From assembly GCA_030704615.1 (NCBI GenBank), contig CM060731.1:69192001-69256000 (forward strand): DNA of 64,000 nt, in the 5' to 3' direction. This DNA comes from Takakia lepidozioides (Eukaryota > Plantae > Bryophyta). This document shows, piece after piece, positions 12,724 to 26,285 of this stretch (position 1 is its first letter; each line of letters starts with the position of its first letter). The notes beneath the pieces were generated by a model. It saw only the letters and a list, made by a program, of their open reading frames with translations. It was not told the origin of the DNA and did not search any database. Both the position numbers and the translations under genes were made by a program.

Positions 12724-13090
12724 CTACATACAAGCACACGGCTGGAGAAAGCTTTTTTTTGGAAGCTAGTGACAATCTCCGCTAAAGTCTACTTGAATGG
12801 CGCGAACTGTAGACCCCAATCTTGCATTTATTATTATTATTATTTGATATAATGAAATGAATTTTCTAGGGTTGACTCTCATTTTTGCATGTGCCACATC
12901 CATGAGCATGTTTAGAAGTGGTGAGTTTATTGCTGAATTTGGGACATCGATGATGTGTAGGCTCTTTCCAATTGAAGTGACCACACAAATTCATGCATGA
13001 TCTAGATTAGGTCTGGGTCACCATTATACAAGGCTTCCAATAACAATGACTAGATCTTGATTCAATTAACTAATTTAGCTCATTAGCTAC
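12724..13090 (-). pseudogene. Relic last exon plus part of the last intron of a third CCR-like paralog
   Basis: Homologous to 15197-15480 and 33250-33632. The acceptor AG is changed to AC (12891), with an in-frame TAG (CKNESQP*) and indels. Confidence 0.85.
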
Positions 13091-13249
13091 ACATCAATTT
13101 AAAATTTTATTGATTTTATTTTTATTTTTATTATTTTTATTTTCCCTATAACTACGTGTTTCCTTGTTTAAGTACCTACTAGGGTAGCCTGTGTCGTTGG
13201 CCCATGTGTGAAGAAAACAACATTGCTTCACATATTGAAAGAGCCAATT

Positions 13250-13532
13250 TATTTTGTTTCTATGAATTTATTGAGTATTAATATATCCAATCATTGTTCC
13301 ATGAAAGCCCACTTTGCTGTTTTTCACGAATTTCCACGGACCAAAAGTACTTGAAATTCCATATCTCCCACACCGCATGTCCAAAAATTAGAGACCAAGT
13401 CCGTGCACCCTCCTCATCGAGGGCTTTTCAACGGTACCAAGCACAAGGGCTGGCCCGCGGTATGGGAGATCTCAACACTACAAACAAATTACAAACAAAC
13501 AAACAAACAAACTACCTTGCTTCATATATTGA
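13250..13532 (+). repeat. Dispersed repeat ending in (AAAC)n; second copy at ~19800-20236 with a triplicated left unit
   Basis: Shared ATGAATTTATTGAGTA..AATATATCCAATCATT, AAAGCCCACTTTG, ACCAAAAGTACTTGA and (AAAC)n-CTA.CTTGCTTCA.ATATTGA. Confidence 0.75.
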
Positions 13533-13671
13533 CTAGAGTAGCCTGTGCTGTTGGCCCAAGTGTCCACTGTCAGCTAGGCCCAAGTGCGACCTCTAGGGTA
13601 GTCTTTGCCGTTGGCCCATGTGTACTGAAGAATTGAAATCTAAGACCAAGTGCAATTTCCTATGTATCCCA

Positions 13672-14065
13672 CTGCGTCTCATATGTCAAGGCCCATCTTT
13701 AATGTCAAGTTTGTATAGAATTCTTATCCTAGTTTGTAAGGTGTCATCTTATCTATCACTAATATAGATTCATTGGTCACAAAGTCTGCGCTTGGAATTT
13801 ACCGATGGTCTTCAACCAAATTTAATAAGTCGTCAACATAAATGCAGGCTATGGTCAACCCAATGCGTCTTCTATGTCGAGGCCCATCTTTAATGTCAAG
13901 TTTGTATAGAATTATTGTCCTAGTTTGTAAGCTGTCATCCTACCATCTATCGCACTAATATAGATTCATTGGTCACAAAGTCTACGCTTGGAATTCATCG
14001 ATGATATAAGTTGGTCTTCAACCAAATTTAATAAGTCATCAACATAAATGTAGGCTATGGTCAAC
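13672..14065 (+). repeat. Tandem duplication of a ~190-200 bp unit, with a third copy at ~11475-11640
   Basis: AGGCCCATCTTTAATGTCAAGTTTGTATAGAATT...CACTAATATAGATTCATTGGTCACAAAGTCT repeated at ~13689 and ~13880. Confidence 0.85.
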
Positions 14066-15196
14066 AAGTACACAAGGTGTACATACACACCTAGTGATTT
14101 GTAGACTGCCAGACTTCGGTTGACGGTCCGAAGTCAAAACTCATTGAAAACTTTCATTAGAAAGCAATAATATATAATTTTGGCTAGGGATGACGAAAGA
14201 TATCTAAGGATTACATGGACAAATAATTCCCAAAAATCACTCGTCATTTCAATATCGCCTACCATCTTGAAACATATCATGCGCCCTACATAGGACAGGT
14301 GAACGAAACCATTGAAGATATGTTAAGAATGTATGTAACTTAGGTCGAAGACAAGCTTCATGGGAGCAATGTAATACATATATGTGTAGGGTAAAGCCTC
14401 AGCACAAGGCCATTATGTGGTTTCAGGCTAGGTTGAGGGCGGTAGGTATTAGGTAAAGTCCTGCAATGAGGGCTTTACGGGATTCAAGGTTCCAAAGCCG
14501 AGAGGGCGTGGGAGCCCGAGTTACAAGACTTTAGCTCACGTAAAAACCGCATTTATGACCGTGTGAAAAGAAAATTACTTGCCTATCTGCCCGTAATCTG
14601 AGATTACGGGCCGAGCCCATGGGCTCCACGGCGTCATAGGACAAGCTGGATTTTATGCTATTAAAAGCGCACCAAAACTACACTAGCTAGGTTTTTACGA
14701 CTAGGTAATGGCCGAGGGCTGAGGCTTTATCTTGCGTAAAGAAACGAAGATACATTTTTGTTTCCACGACTTTTCTTTCCACGACTTTCTTTAATGTTTA
14801 ATATTTTTATCCTCCACAATTCCATTCCCGCGCCTATGTGGTCTAGAAAGATGAAGAGAAATGGTCCAGAAAGATGAAAAAATAAAGAAGAATATTGGGG
14901 GAGTACATTATATTGGGGAAGTACGCTATGTTTTTTGGGTATAACGGACTCAACCAAATATAGCGTACTCCTCCAAATATAATGTACTCTTCCACTGTTT
15001 GTCCATATAAGCGTAATAAAACTACACACTAATAAAAAAATGATGACGAGGGAGATAATGCCCAAAATAGATTGAAAACGAGGCAAAATAACGTTGATAC
15101 GCCATGAAGGCTTTAACAAGCTACTGGCCAACGACCTGAATGTCTCAACAAACGAGCAAAAAAAACACAATACATCTGGCTATAGTGTTTGTTTCA

Positions 15197-18100
15197 CTAC
15201 AAACAAGCGCGGGGCTGGAGAAAGCCCTTTTCTTGGAAGCTGGTGACAGTCTCCGCTAAAGTCTGCTTGAATGGGGTGAACTGTAGACCCAAATCTTGCA
15301 ATTTTTTTGTCGATATAGTGTGAGGAACTTTCCTGGGTTTCTTCTCATCTTTGCATCTGCCACATCCATGAGCGGGTAAAAGAGAGATGAGTTTATTGCT
15401 GAATTTGGGACGTCTATGATGTGCATGCCCTTTCCAAATGAAGTGACCACAAATCACTAATTCAAACTAATTCAGCTCATCAAAATTGCCCATTAGACTA
15501 AGTTAGCTCATTGATAGCCTGATTGCGGGGTCTACATCAAGATTAAAGACTTTACATGCAACAAAATTTAGGATTACCAATAGAAAATGGCTGCAAGGTG
15601 ATAGTTCAACATACTTGGTCGTGATGGGGTACTGGGGGTACATGGTGGCCAAAGTTTCCACCACGTCCCCACGATGCAGAGAGCTCTCAACACAAAGATA
15701 TCGACCATAAGCGTCTGGTGCTTCATATGCCAAAATGTGGGCTTCGGCTGCATCCTTCACGTTTACATATGCTTGACACAAATTGGCGTATGTTTGTGCA
15801 GATCCTGGCATACACAACTAACATGAGGTCTTGAATCTGATGAATCTATTTATGTAAGTCATGCCATTAAGTCTTTCCCAAACTATCACATAATAAGGGG
15901 TTTAAATCAGTGTTGTGCGGATAAATCAGAATAAGGGTAAATAATTTACCCGCATGAACCCTTTTTATTTACCCTTATTCTTATCCTATAGATGGATTTT
16001 TTTTTTGATTTATCCTCACCCTTAGCCATATGAAGGATAAATCATTTCTATATAACCTCTAGTATCCACAAATAAATAAATATTACTGGGGATAAATAGG
16101 AAAAAGGTAAATGTGGAGGTCTTTCTTCCTCTTCAGACCTAGACCTACATACCTCCTATAATCAGCCCTACTATTACACCCAAAATGACCACCTCTAAGA
16201 AAAAGGTAGATTTGAGCATAACAAACCAAAAAAAATGATGTCCCTGAATATATGATTGATTTATCTTTGGGATATGTAATGGGTAAAAATTTATTTTTCT
16301 TACATATGTGTTCGAAGAAAGAACTTCTTACTAATCAGTTATCCTTACTCTTTATTTACGCTTACCCATATCAATATATTGGCATATATCCTTATCTAGA
16401 GGATAAATAAACCACCAGATTTTCATTTACCCTTACTAGTAGGATTTATAAGTGGACAAATAAGTAATTTACCTCTAACTTGGAGGATTCACCACTTTTG
16501 AAATAAAATCTTTTGTCCACTGTTCTCTAATTTCAAAAGAAAAGAAAAGAAACTGTAGGTACTGGAACTGGGTGAGTACCAGTGAGATATTTGAGGATGT
16601 GGAGGCAGCTGACATTGACGTCTGCCTGCATGAGAGTCCCCAACGTAACGGATGGGCAAATGGTGACCAGGTCCATCTCGGGGGTACTTGCTGCATAATC
16701 CCACGCTGCTCTCTCTGCCATTGTCTTTGCCAAGCAGTACCACTCCTGCAATAATTCGATTCATGTCAGAGGGAGCTGATGTCCAATTTCCAAGAATATC
16801 TGCATGTGCGTGATTATGGGGCAAGTCTACTTCTGATTCACTTCCAATAGAGCCGACTCAACATCACAAGTGTTCAAGATTCCTTACCAGATCCCATCGT
16901 AGAGAGCACTACTATATAATCAACTGGAAATATATCTATCGGGCGGCCTTTTGATAACTTTATATCGAGGACTCGAGACTAGTAGAGCACCCTCGGTTAT
17001 CCATATAGCTACATGTGATACATTTCAGGTGGTTAGGGAGGGATCCAATATTTTATGTTAGGATCCAATGCTCCATGATGCAGTAGGATATGTAAGATGC
17101 TGATGGAAGAATGGAAGTGCCTTGATATCGAGGAGGTGCTCGAGGTCACTCCAGCAGCTTTCATCAAGTATTTGGGAGGATGGCCTCTTTGGGTCTATGT
17201 ACGCAGCGCCAAACGTGGATGTCATGACCACACGCTTCACCTTGGCGCGTGCACAAGCATCCAACACATTTATCGTGCCTTCCACTGCGGGTTTGATCAA
17301 TTCAGTCTGCAACACAAGTTTGCAACTCTGAGCTTTCTTGCTAGCTGTCAAGTAAATCATCTCGAAAATAGTCATGAATTATGCCATGGTTTGTGGACAA
17401 CGTCAGAACTACATATGATCGGGCCTAAGCATCCAAGCTCCCTAATTCTACTCCACTTCAGCTATATCCGTGCGACATTATTGAGAAAGTTTATCATCTG
17501 AGTTTGATAAACATACAATACCAAGACAGATGCTGCATCCTGATGGTGATTTTCCTAGGTTCTCCTTAAATCCTAGACAAGTGTCGATTTCTGATCACAA
17601 TGAACTGTAGATGATCCTTCAAGGGCAGGTCGAGATCACAATTTTCAGCTTACGTGGGCCCGATCATCAGTCACCACTTTAACAGGGCAAGCAGTATGGA
17701 AGACGCCCTGACAGCCATCCACAGCCTTCAACACACTTGCATAGTCCAGAATGTCGGCCTTCACTAACTCCAGTCTCTCTTTCGCGCCCTCCAAATTTCT
17801 TATATGTGCCATCTTTGCCTCGTTGTCTGCATAACATTGGGGTTGTGGGGGTTGGTTACCCAAATAAAGATCAAGCAATGCACCAAACCCAAATTTTTCC
17901 AGGGCTTTGGATTTGGATACAACTTAACGGAGAGACTGCTACTAAATTTTTATGAAGTAGACCAAAAATGAAAATGATGATCTAGATATTGTTTCAGCTT
18001 GAACTGGCCAAAAAACCATTTCCCGAATTTGACTTCAGTGATTCCTTATCAGTATGCCCCAATTACAGAACTCCTCAATCTAGAACTCAACATGCCTGAA

Positions 18101-18261
18101 CGCCCTTTGGACGTGGGGTAAGAGTGGCTACCAGGGTCGCGCACGGTGCCTCGAACGAAATATCCCCGCTGCAATAGGAACTTAACTAACCATGACGCAA
18201 TGAACCCATTCGCGCCAGTCACCGCCACCAAATGCTTCTGCTCAATGCGAGGCTCTGCCAT
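15197..18261 (-). CDS. CCR: Cinnamoyl-CoA reductase-type extended SDR, copy A (334 aa). Exons 18261-18132, 17826-17654, 17306-17121, 16745-16580, 15804-15615, 15356-15197
   Basis: [11 protein letters not shown] (NADP binding), EWYCLAK (YxxxK), [21 protein letters not shown]. Exon lengths sum to 1005 nt with consistent phases; intron 3 is GC-AG, the others GT-AG. Confidence 0.92.
15908..16470. mobile_element. One-ended hAT-like MITE in intron 4 of CCR copy A
   Basis: Begins CAGTGTTGTGCGG, like the TIRs at 2679 and 27613, with TACCC/TATCC motifs. Intron homology to CCR copy B stops exactly at this end. The second TIR is not found, so the right boundary is approximate. Confidence 0.6.
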
Positions 18262-18689
18262 TCTCTCGACAAGTTCTCCAACTCCCCACCACTTTGAGGT
18301 CTGCGCCTTATACTCGGTTCCAATGTAACAGTGATCTGATGGGACTATTGCAATGCTCAAGACTTCACTGGGCCAGCAACTATATCACTCTAGTGAGCCT
18401 CAATGCATGCCCTCACCAAAACCCCGCCAGAATAGAACAACAGATCCAGGCTGACTGCCGATCGCAGGAGAGTGCGAGGCTTATATGATCTTTCAAGTGG
18501 CGGCCCCTCTCATCCTGGAAGAGCCATACTCAACGCACCCTCACTATCTTGACGACTTGGAGTCGTGTGGCGCCTGTCGTCTTCTAACGGTACAGCTCCA
18601 AAGCCCTTGGATCCCAATTCGGCGGTAGAGATGCATTTGCATTACACATTGACTAATTTTTACTCGTCGGTCAGTGGGGATGGTATCAT

Positions 18690-19085
18690 TGACAAGAATG
18701 TGAGAGCATAATCCACGGTTATAGGGGTAATATTATGTATTAGATAATGTCAATGTGGAGGAGCATTATCGAGAATAATCCGAGCTGCGAGTTTGCTACG
18801 AGTATAATTTGAGATTGCTTCGACGGATGGACATTATCTTACTTAATATGTCGATAAGGCTATTTGTCATCCAATGTTTCATCCAAAACGGGTTTTCATC
18901 CGACGTATATGGAGACACCTGCATATGGAGACAATTATCGCTAATAATATCATATCTGATTCAGGGAATAAAACAGCCATACGACTATTAAGGTATATGA
19001 CAAGAATGTGAGAGCATAATCCACGGTTATAGGGATAATACGATGGTATTTGACAAGAATGTGAGAGCATAATCCAGGTTATATG
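18690..19085 (+). repeat. Three copies of TGACAAGAATGTGAGAGCATAATCCACGGTTATA upstream of CCR copy A
   Basis: Copies at ~18690, ~18998 and ~19051; possibly inside a CAGTGGG...CCCACTG element (18672-19190) without a TSD. Confidence 0.65.
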
Positions 19086-20240
19086 GGTAACATGTTTGAA
19101 AACGGAAATACAAGTCCTAATAAGCTGAAATAGGGTACTAATCCACGGTTTTAGGCTACCCGCACCTCACGGATTCATTGTAACCCACTGTCACTGACAC
19201 CTGGAAGTTATCTACCCGCATTGGAGACCCGCCTGGAATCCGGCAGGCCCCAAAGCTAAGTTCAAGGTTTGTGTGGTTATAGGCCATTGGTGCAAATAAA
19301 TAAAACTCTTGCATTCCTATTTTTTTCTTTTTTCTTTTTTCTTTTCTGGAAAAGGACTGCATTCCTATATCTTGATCCATTGAACACTAGTACCTTCCTA
19401 ATCTATTTCATTTTCAAATATAAAAAATTTACAATTCAAAGGTACGTGTAGCAAAAATATCCTCATCAAATACATGCTTAGTGTATACCTATTAGTGAAG
19501 CTAGGTCATTAGTTGCTGACATTTATCTAAACACATTCTATCTAAACTATCTAAACATCTATCTATTTGAGAGTGTTTCAGGTCCCAAGATTGTCCATTA
19601 TTCCACCTTCTAATATGTAGGAATCAATCTAGCCAACAAGGTTCCGCCACTTGTATGTGAGCATGCTCACATGAGCATAGGCCCAAGTGAAATCTTCTAT
19701 TCGTGTATCCAAGTGCATCCCCCAAGTGTCCACTATCATGTAACCCCAAGTGTAATCTCCTGTGTATCCAAGTAGGTCTCCCATATTGAGGCCCTATTTT
19801 TTTTTCCATGAATTTATTGAGTAGTAATATATCCAATCATTGTTCCAAGAAAGTCCATGAAAGCACACTTTGTTATTTTTCACGAATTTCCACCAATTTA
19901 TTTTTTCCATGAATTTATTGAGTACTAACATATCCGATAATCTAGAAAGCCCACTTTGCTATTTTTTCGCGAATTTTCACCAATTGAGTAGTAATATATC
20001 CAATCATTATTGATATATCTCATGTCGAGGCTCCAATCATTGTCTACTTTTTGGAGATTTCGAGCGACCAAAAGTACTTGAGATTCACACCGCAAGTCAA
20101 AAAATCGTGAGACCAAGCTGGTGCACTTCTCCTCCTCAACGGTGCCAAGCACCAAGGCTGGCCCCCCGCATCTCAACGCTACAAAACACAACAAACAAAC
20201 AAACAAACAAACAAACTATCTTGCTTCACATATTGATATT

Positions 20241-20506
20241 CGCTCTAAGTATTTCTTAGAGTGAGAAAAAATAAAAATACTATTTATGTTCGCTCTAAAG
20301 ATTCTTTAGAGCCAAAACAAGAAAAAGATGAATTTCTATTTATATTTGCTCTAAGAATTTCTTAGAGCTAGAAAAAAGCAAAAGAAAAGTTACTAACTAT
20401 ATTCACTCTAAGGATTTCTTAGAGCGAGAGAAAAGAAGAATATAAATTACTATTTATATTTGCTCTAAGGATTTCTTAGAGCCACTCTTAAGGAACCCTT
20501 AGGGCG
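20241..20506. repeat. Tandem array (~50-57 bp period) of the hairpin GCTCTAAG-N5-CTTAGAGC
   Basis: Copies at 20241, 20291, 20348, 20404 and 20461, plus a degenerate one at 20484; A-rich spacers. Confidence 0.8.
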
Positions 20507-20508
20507 AG

Positions 20509-20513
<5 letters not shown>

Positions 20514-20569
<56 letters not shown>
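20514..20569. repeat. (TA)n microsatellite
   Basis: Direct observation. Confidence 0.98.
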
Positions 20570-20570
<1 letters not shown>

Positions 20571-21513
20571 CGAATTACTATAATAAATGTATTAACTTTT
20601 AGTCATTACATTTATGAATCACATGTACCATTTATTTCTAAGAACTAACAAAATATATAGGTTGTCACACCATGTATTACAATTAAAACAAAATTTTATT
20701 CTTGATAAACATACATACAATTATTTGTAATGCACTAACATTAAATAAACCTTTAATACCTATTTTTGAGAATAAAGTTATTAGATATCTACTTTTCATT
20801 CAATTTTCATCTATTTTTTTTTTCATTCATTCATTTGTTAATGTACTCCAATTTTTTCCCTGTAAGTATGTAGAACAAAGCTTGTTTCATTCTCTTTCTT
20901 CTGCAAGTTATTTTCACAGAATAGAACTATATGTCTCTCAGTTCTTCTCTTTTGCCTGCATTTGTATTTATTCTTCTACTTTCAGTTCTTTGGCAAAATA
21001 AAACTGTCTGTCTCTTCCTTTGCCTCCGTTTGTGTTTCTTCTTTGCTTTTTGTTATTGTTCTTTCTACTTTCGGTTCTTTGGCAAAATAAAACTATTTGT
21101 CTCTTAGTTCTTCTCCTTTGCCTCAGTTTGTGTTTCTTCTTTGATTCCTGTTATTGTTTGTGATTCTTTCTACTTTTGGTTCTTTGGCAAAATAGAACTG
21201 TCTCTTAGTCCCCTCTTAGTTCTTCCCCATTGTCTTCGTTTATTTTCCTTCTGTTCTTTATTTATCTCTCTTTCTGTGCAAGTTTTTTGGCAGAATAGAA
21301 CTTTTGTTACGTCTTTTCCTTTGTCTTCATTTGTTCGAAATAGAACTTTCCCTTCATTTTTTTTTTTTGTTTTTGTCTTTCATCTTCGATCTCTGTTCTT
21401 TATTTTTTTTACAGAGGAGATATTTTTTTTCTTTCTTTCTTCCGTGGACGTTATAAAGCACCATTTCATTTCATTTTCATTTTCTCTTCTTTTGGATTTA
21501 TTTTTGTTGTTAA

Positions 21514-24020
21514 CCCCTCAAGGACGAGGCGACCTGTATCGGGTCGGGTCGAAATTTCGATTGGATGATAAATGTGCAGATCATGTCGGATGAAACGATT
21601 CATGAACGAAAAGTGTAGCCCATAAATTTTTACGGCCCCCCGTGTTGATCGCACCCTAAAAAATCTAATCCCCCGCCGTCAGGATTTTTTGGAATCTGGA
21701 GGGGTACCCAAAATCCTGTGGTTTTGGGCCCGCCAACAGGTTGACTGGCAGACGTGGCAGGCAGGATTGGGTGGGGGGTGGGCGTTTGCCAGCAGCGGGT
21801 GACAGTGGGGGGCTGCATGTCCGCCCATGCGGACAGCGGCGGACTCCCGACACCTCGAAAAGCCAGGCACGTGGCCCAATCAGGTGGCAGGTGGCGGGGG
21901 CGGGAGCTTCTCTCTCGTTCTATGCATTTTGCATATCGTGTCATGAGTGCTACAATTGCTCCTTGTAATCGAGCTGTTGCTTCATTCTTTCTTGGTTTTT
22001 GCATCACTTTGGTTGTGCTGCGTCAATCTTATTTTGCCTAGGATTGCTTGGTTTCATTTTTTGGGGAGCTCATGTGCCGTTGTTGAGGAGCAGGGGGTGG
22101 CTGCGCGTCTATTCCGTTTGTTGGGATCGTCCTCGACTTTGCCTTTACAACGGCTCCTTCTCTTTACACTTGCTCATTACCTTCGTGTTGGGGCGCATGC
22201 GCAGCGACGACGCTTCACAGGTATTGCGCATCCATCTAACCACTTATGCATTTGCATTTGCTTGATATTGTCTGTTTGCTTTGCTTGATTTGTTTGTGCA
22301 TTGAATGTTTGTAGTTTGTGGGTGGCAAAGATTCTATGGCGCCTAAACGCAAGGGATCTGAACTGCTTGAACCCCCACCTCCCCCACCCGAGCATGCAGC
22401 TGCGGCAGAGGTTATAAGGGTGTGGGCGCAGGAAGAGCAGTATTGCACTGCAGAGCAATGCAAGGTAATTCTAGGTTGTCTTTGTCCTGAGTTTCTGACC
22501 TCTTTGCCTCCACCGCCTGCTGCCAAACGCTGGCCGCACAATCCTCGTCCTCATAACTTTTGATTTCTCTAGCGGAGGCAAGTGGCTTCTATTCTTGGTT
22601 GGAGAGAGAGGGGAAATACTGTGCGATTAGGATGTATATGCCTAAGAAGCCATGCAAGTGGGGCATCAAGGTGTGGGCGTTGGCTAACTCTGAGACTAGC
22701 TATGTGTATGATTTTCAGGTATATTGTGCGAAAAATGCAAGGGGCCCTAATGGTGAGAGGCTGTAAAGTGGAAAGGGTGAAGGCTATGATGTGGTGTGTG
22801 GGCTTGCCAGTGGACTCCATGGTTTGGGGCATGTAATTGTCACTGACAATTAACTCACTTCTGTTCAACTTTTGTATGACTTGGCCAAGCTTGGTACATG
22901 GGCCACTGGCACAGTTCGTGTGAACATAAAAGGCCTCCCTCCCTCCCTCCTTGCTATCCAAGAAAAAATCCAAGACTGCCAAGCAAGCCCAGTCTTGGTA
23001 CAAGATGCATCTTTCCAGGGAACTTGCAGCCGTGTTGTGGTGGGACAAAAAGGGGGTATTCATGTTGTCATCTGCAGCTAGACCAGTATGCATGCCTTCT
23101 TCTCCTGTTACTGTGAGACGCTTTGTGGGACAACAGAGAGTCTTGGTGCCATCTGTGCCTGCCCATGTGCAATATCAAACCTATATGCGAGGGGTAATTT
23201 GGGGGGGCGGTTTTGGGTGTCTGCTGGTTTTGGGCTGACCATTGGGGGGTTTGGGAAGGGAAAGAAGGACATGGCAGCTTGCTGGGGAGGTTTCTTGGCT
23301 TGGGGCGATGATACAATGGCCAGATCAGGGGGTTCAAGTCCCCCTCAATTCATAGCTCGTGTTTTTGAGTATGCTTCCTGGTGTGGCTGTGGGAAGCGGT
23401 TGGCCGTTGGCAGGTCATGGAGGGAGAACGCTGAAACGTAGGGTGGAGGCCCCGTGACTTGCTTGGTTTGTGATGACGTGGCCGGATTTTTTGGCTGGAA
23501 ATGTCCACCGGCTCCAGCAATTCTTGGCCGGAGCTGGGATTCAAGTAGAATTTGGATTCCCTCACAAATTGCCCCACATTTGGGGGGATGTGTTTTCCCA
23601 TGAGAGAAATTGGCATTTTGACCCCCCTATTTTCCCATACAAAGCAACCATTATGCAATTTTGGAATTTGGCTCTGGAATTTTGGGAGGCTTTGATGTGG
23701 GTGCCATATAATCTGAATCTGGTTAGGCTGTATCAATGAAAAATAAAAAAGGTTGGCAATCTGCTTGGTCAAACCAAATTTTCATGTTGAAAATATATCC
23801 AAAAAAAAAAAAAAAAAAAAAACTAGAACTTTTGGTTATAATCTTCCACTTTAGACGGTCAAATCTCCTGAAATTTTTACTGCAGGTGCGTGAAGTAGGT
23901 AGGATGACTTTGGAACGGTTCATCCCCTCGGATGTTTGTCAAATGGGAGATACACCCTCATCCGTGAGGGTATGTCTGGTTTTGGACGGGCCCACCAAAA
24001 ATAGGCTCGTCCTTGAGGGG
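21514..24020 (+). mobile_element. piggyBac-superfamily transposon (2507 bp, internally deleted)
   Basis: TTAA on both sides (21510-21513 and 24021-24024); perfect 15-bp TIR CCCCTCAAGGACGAG; internal transposase relic. Confidence 0.93.
22610..23195 (+). pseudogene. piggyBac (DDE_Tnp_1_7-type) transposase relic
   Basis: RMYMPKKPCKWGIKVWALANSETSYVYDFQVYC; GHVIVTDN*LTSV...ATGTVR; WWDKKGVFMLSS; YQTYMRGV. Stop and frameshifts present; the first and third catalytic Asp regions are missing. Confidence 0.88.
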
Positions 24021-25140
24021 TTAAATTCTCTTCGTTCTCTTTTCTCCGTGGGAGGCAAATATGGCCACTCCTTCAAAACGGGTATGAATATTTTTGTTTG
24101 TTTTATATTCACTGTTCACATATTCATTTGGTATGAATTGGTTTCTAAAATATAATAAAAATATTTGATTTGTTTTCTTACATCATACTTACACATTGTA
24201 TATATAGTATTCGTACTTTCGAAATAAACACTTTTTTTAATTCTCAAAATTATCAGACACATTATCTCAAATTTCCAAGAGATATCAAAATTTATACACT
24301 ATAATGATGCCACTTGAATGTTACGTCTTTTCAACAAATTTATCAAATCTATGGTATATATAATATTCAAGCATGATATTAATATATTATTCAGTAATTT
24401 AAATATATTATTATATAAATATATATTAGATTAATAATAACTTAAATAACTCAATTTTAATAATAACTGTTCTTTAAAAAAAACTAAAAACGGTCAGTTA
24501 TCAACGACATTAATCACTTGTCATCTCCATAAATCAATTATCATTCTATCCATCATCGATAATCAAATATCCAATTAATCAAACATATTTTATTTTTACT
24601 TACTACATATTTATTTACCGTACCTGCCTACGCTGTTCTATAATAATTGCAAAACAGGCTGCCAGAAAATTGTTAAATGAAGCCTTTCCATGGCCAACTG
24701 TTACACATATTCGACCCCCAGACTTAGACCCCACTATATTCTCAAGTGATACCATTGCGCTAGCCACAGACACATGCAAATCTATTGATTTTTTATTATT
24801 TATCATGATCATTGCCGGAACTGCACAAATTTCAAAAAGCCTGCCGGACACCTTCTCAAGAAAAATTAATTAGTCCGATAGGGTTCCTGACGAATAGCAT
24901 AGGCAAGTATGGAATTCATATCAATATACATTTTACCATTACATCTTCATATTTTATAAATAAAATAGTTATTATTTATAATTAATTAATAGTAAGAATA
25001 ACATATTAATTTAAATACCACAACATATATTTCAATTATTATATTGTATCATGCTTTCAACCTAAGATCATCATTCCAATTTAAATTCAATCCATCAAGT
25101 TATTTATCATATTACATCTCAAAAATTCCAAATATATTAA

Positions 25141-25965
25141 CCCTTAATTTTCTAAGCGACCTGAATCAGGTCACTCTGAGTTTTCAGTTCTACCTAATTT
25201 TTCCAGATCTAATCTGATGGGGCCCACTCCTGAAGCTTTAATGACAAGGGATTGGCTCGAGTGTGATGCAAAAAAAAAAAAAACAAAAAAAAACAAACAA
25301 ACAAACAAACAAACAAACGCTACGACCTAGTCAAAAAATATCTTAGATCACTCATTTGGGCCTGAAAAAGGCTTGTTGACCGCTGACGTGGCAGGTAAAC
25401 AAGCCCAAAACAGATTGCATTCCAAAGGCCATTTTGGGCATAAAATTAGCAATTTTGTAAAAAGCACTTCACCTTGTGGTGTGTGGGCATTACATACACA
25501 CATCCATAGTTGGCTTTTAAATTTTTTGTAGAAACAAAAGTACTTCATTTGGAGGCACATTTTCTGTTGTCAATTTTGAGATTTCAACCCCCATGTAATT
25601 GCATGAATAGCAACCATAGGTGAAAAAATCAGTTGGACCTGTGATTTAGTGGGGTCATGGCCACTCCACCGGTGGGTCTTGGGGCAAGCAAAATTGGATA
25701 AAGCTAGGTTTTGATTTGGTCAAACCTATTTTCTTTCTCACTTTTTCTTTGGGACCTGATATTTGAGGTCTAGGGCAACGTTATAAGCTCACAATTTCCA
25801 CGGTGGACTTTGTTCATTTTTTGGTATGTCATGCATAAATGAGCTGGGCCCACTGCTATAGGGCTGGAATTTCTGGATGATTTTTGGTAGGTTTCTAGGG
25901 GCAAATTACTGCGGCTGGGTATCCAAAATTGTTCAAAATCCAAAAAGGGCTTGAGAAATTAAGGG
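25141..25965. mobile_element. Non-autonomous piggyBac-type MITE (825 bp)
   Basis: TTAA flanks (25137-25140 and 25966-25969); imperfect 17-bp TIR CCCTTAATTT(T)CT(C)AAGC; more GC-rich than the AT-rich flanks. Confidence 0.85.
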
Positions 25966-26285
25966 TTAAATATAATATTTATGTTAACAAATTTATATTA
26001 ACTGTTAATAATAAAATAATATATATGTATTTAATACTTTAAATAAAAAATATATCTCATAGGTAATATGTAATAATATATCACTATACTATATCATTGT
26101 TTCAACTTCAGATTTCATCAATAAGCTCAAAATCCATTCAATCAAATTATTTACCATATTATATTTCAAAAACTCCATTTTTTAAACCTTTATTGTTAAT
26201 CTTAAAGGCCTCTGGGCAATAATTTTGTATGCTATAATGGATAGCTATGAGGGTTCGAATCCCTATGCAAAGAATTAAAATGAAA

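Noticed and set aside
15197-15215. C-terminal targeting signal on the CCRs (RACL*/RACM*)
   Set aside because: Cys is not at -4 for a CaaX box, and ACL/ACM is not a canonical PTS1.
24615-24873. Short ORFs in the AT-rich block as a captured gene
   Set aside because: No recognisable motif or splice structure; cannot be supported without a search.
26250-26264. tRNA gene or tRNA-derived SINE (AGGGTTCGAATCCCT T-arm/B-box)
   Set aside because: No convincing A-box, D-arm, anticodon arm or acceptor stem nearby.
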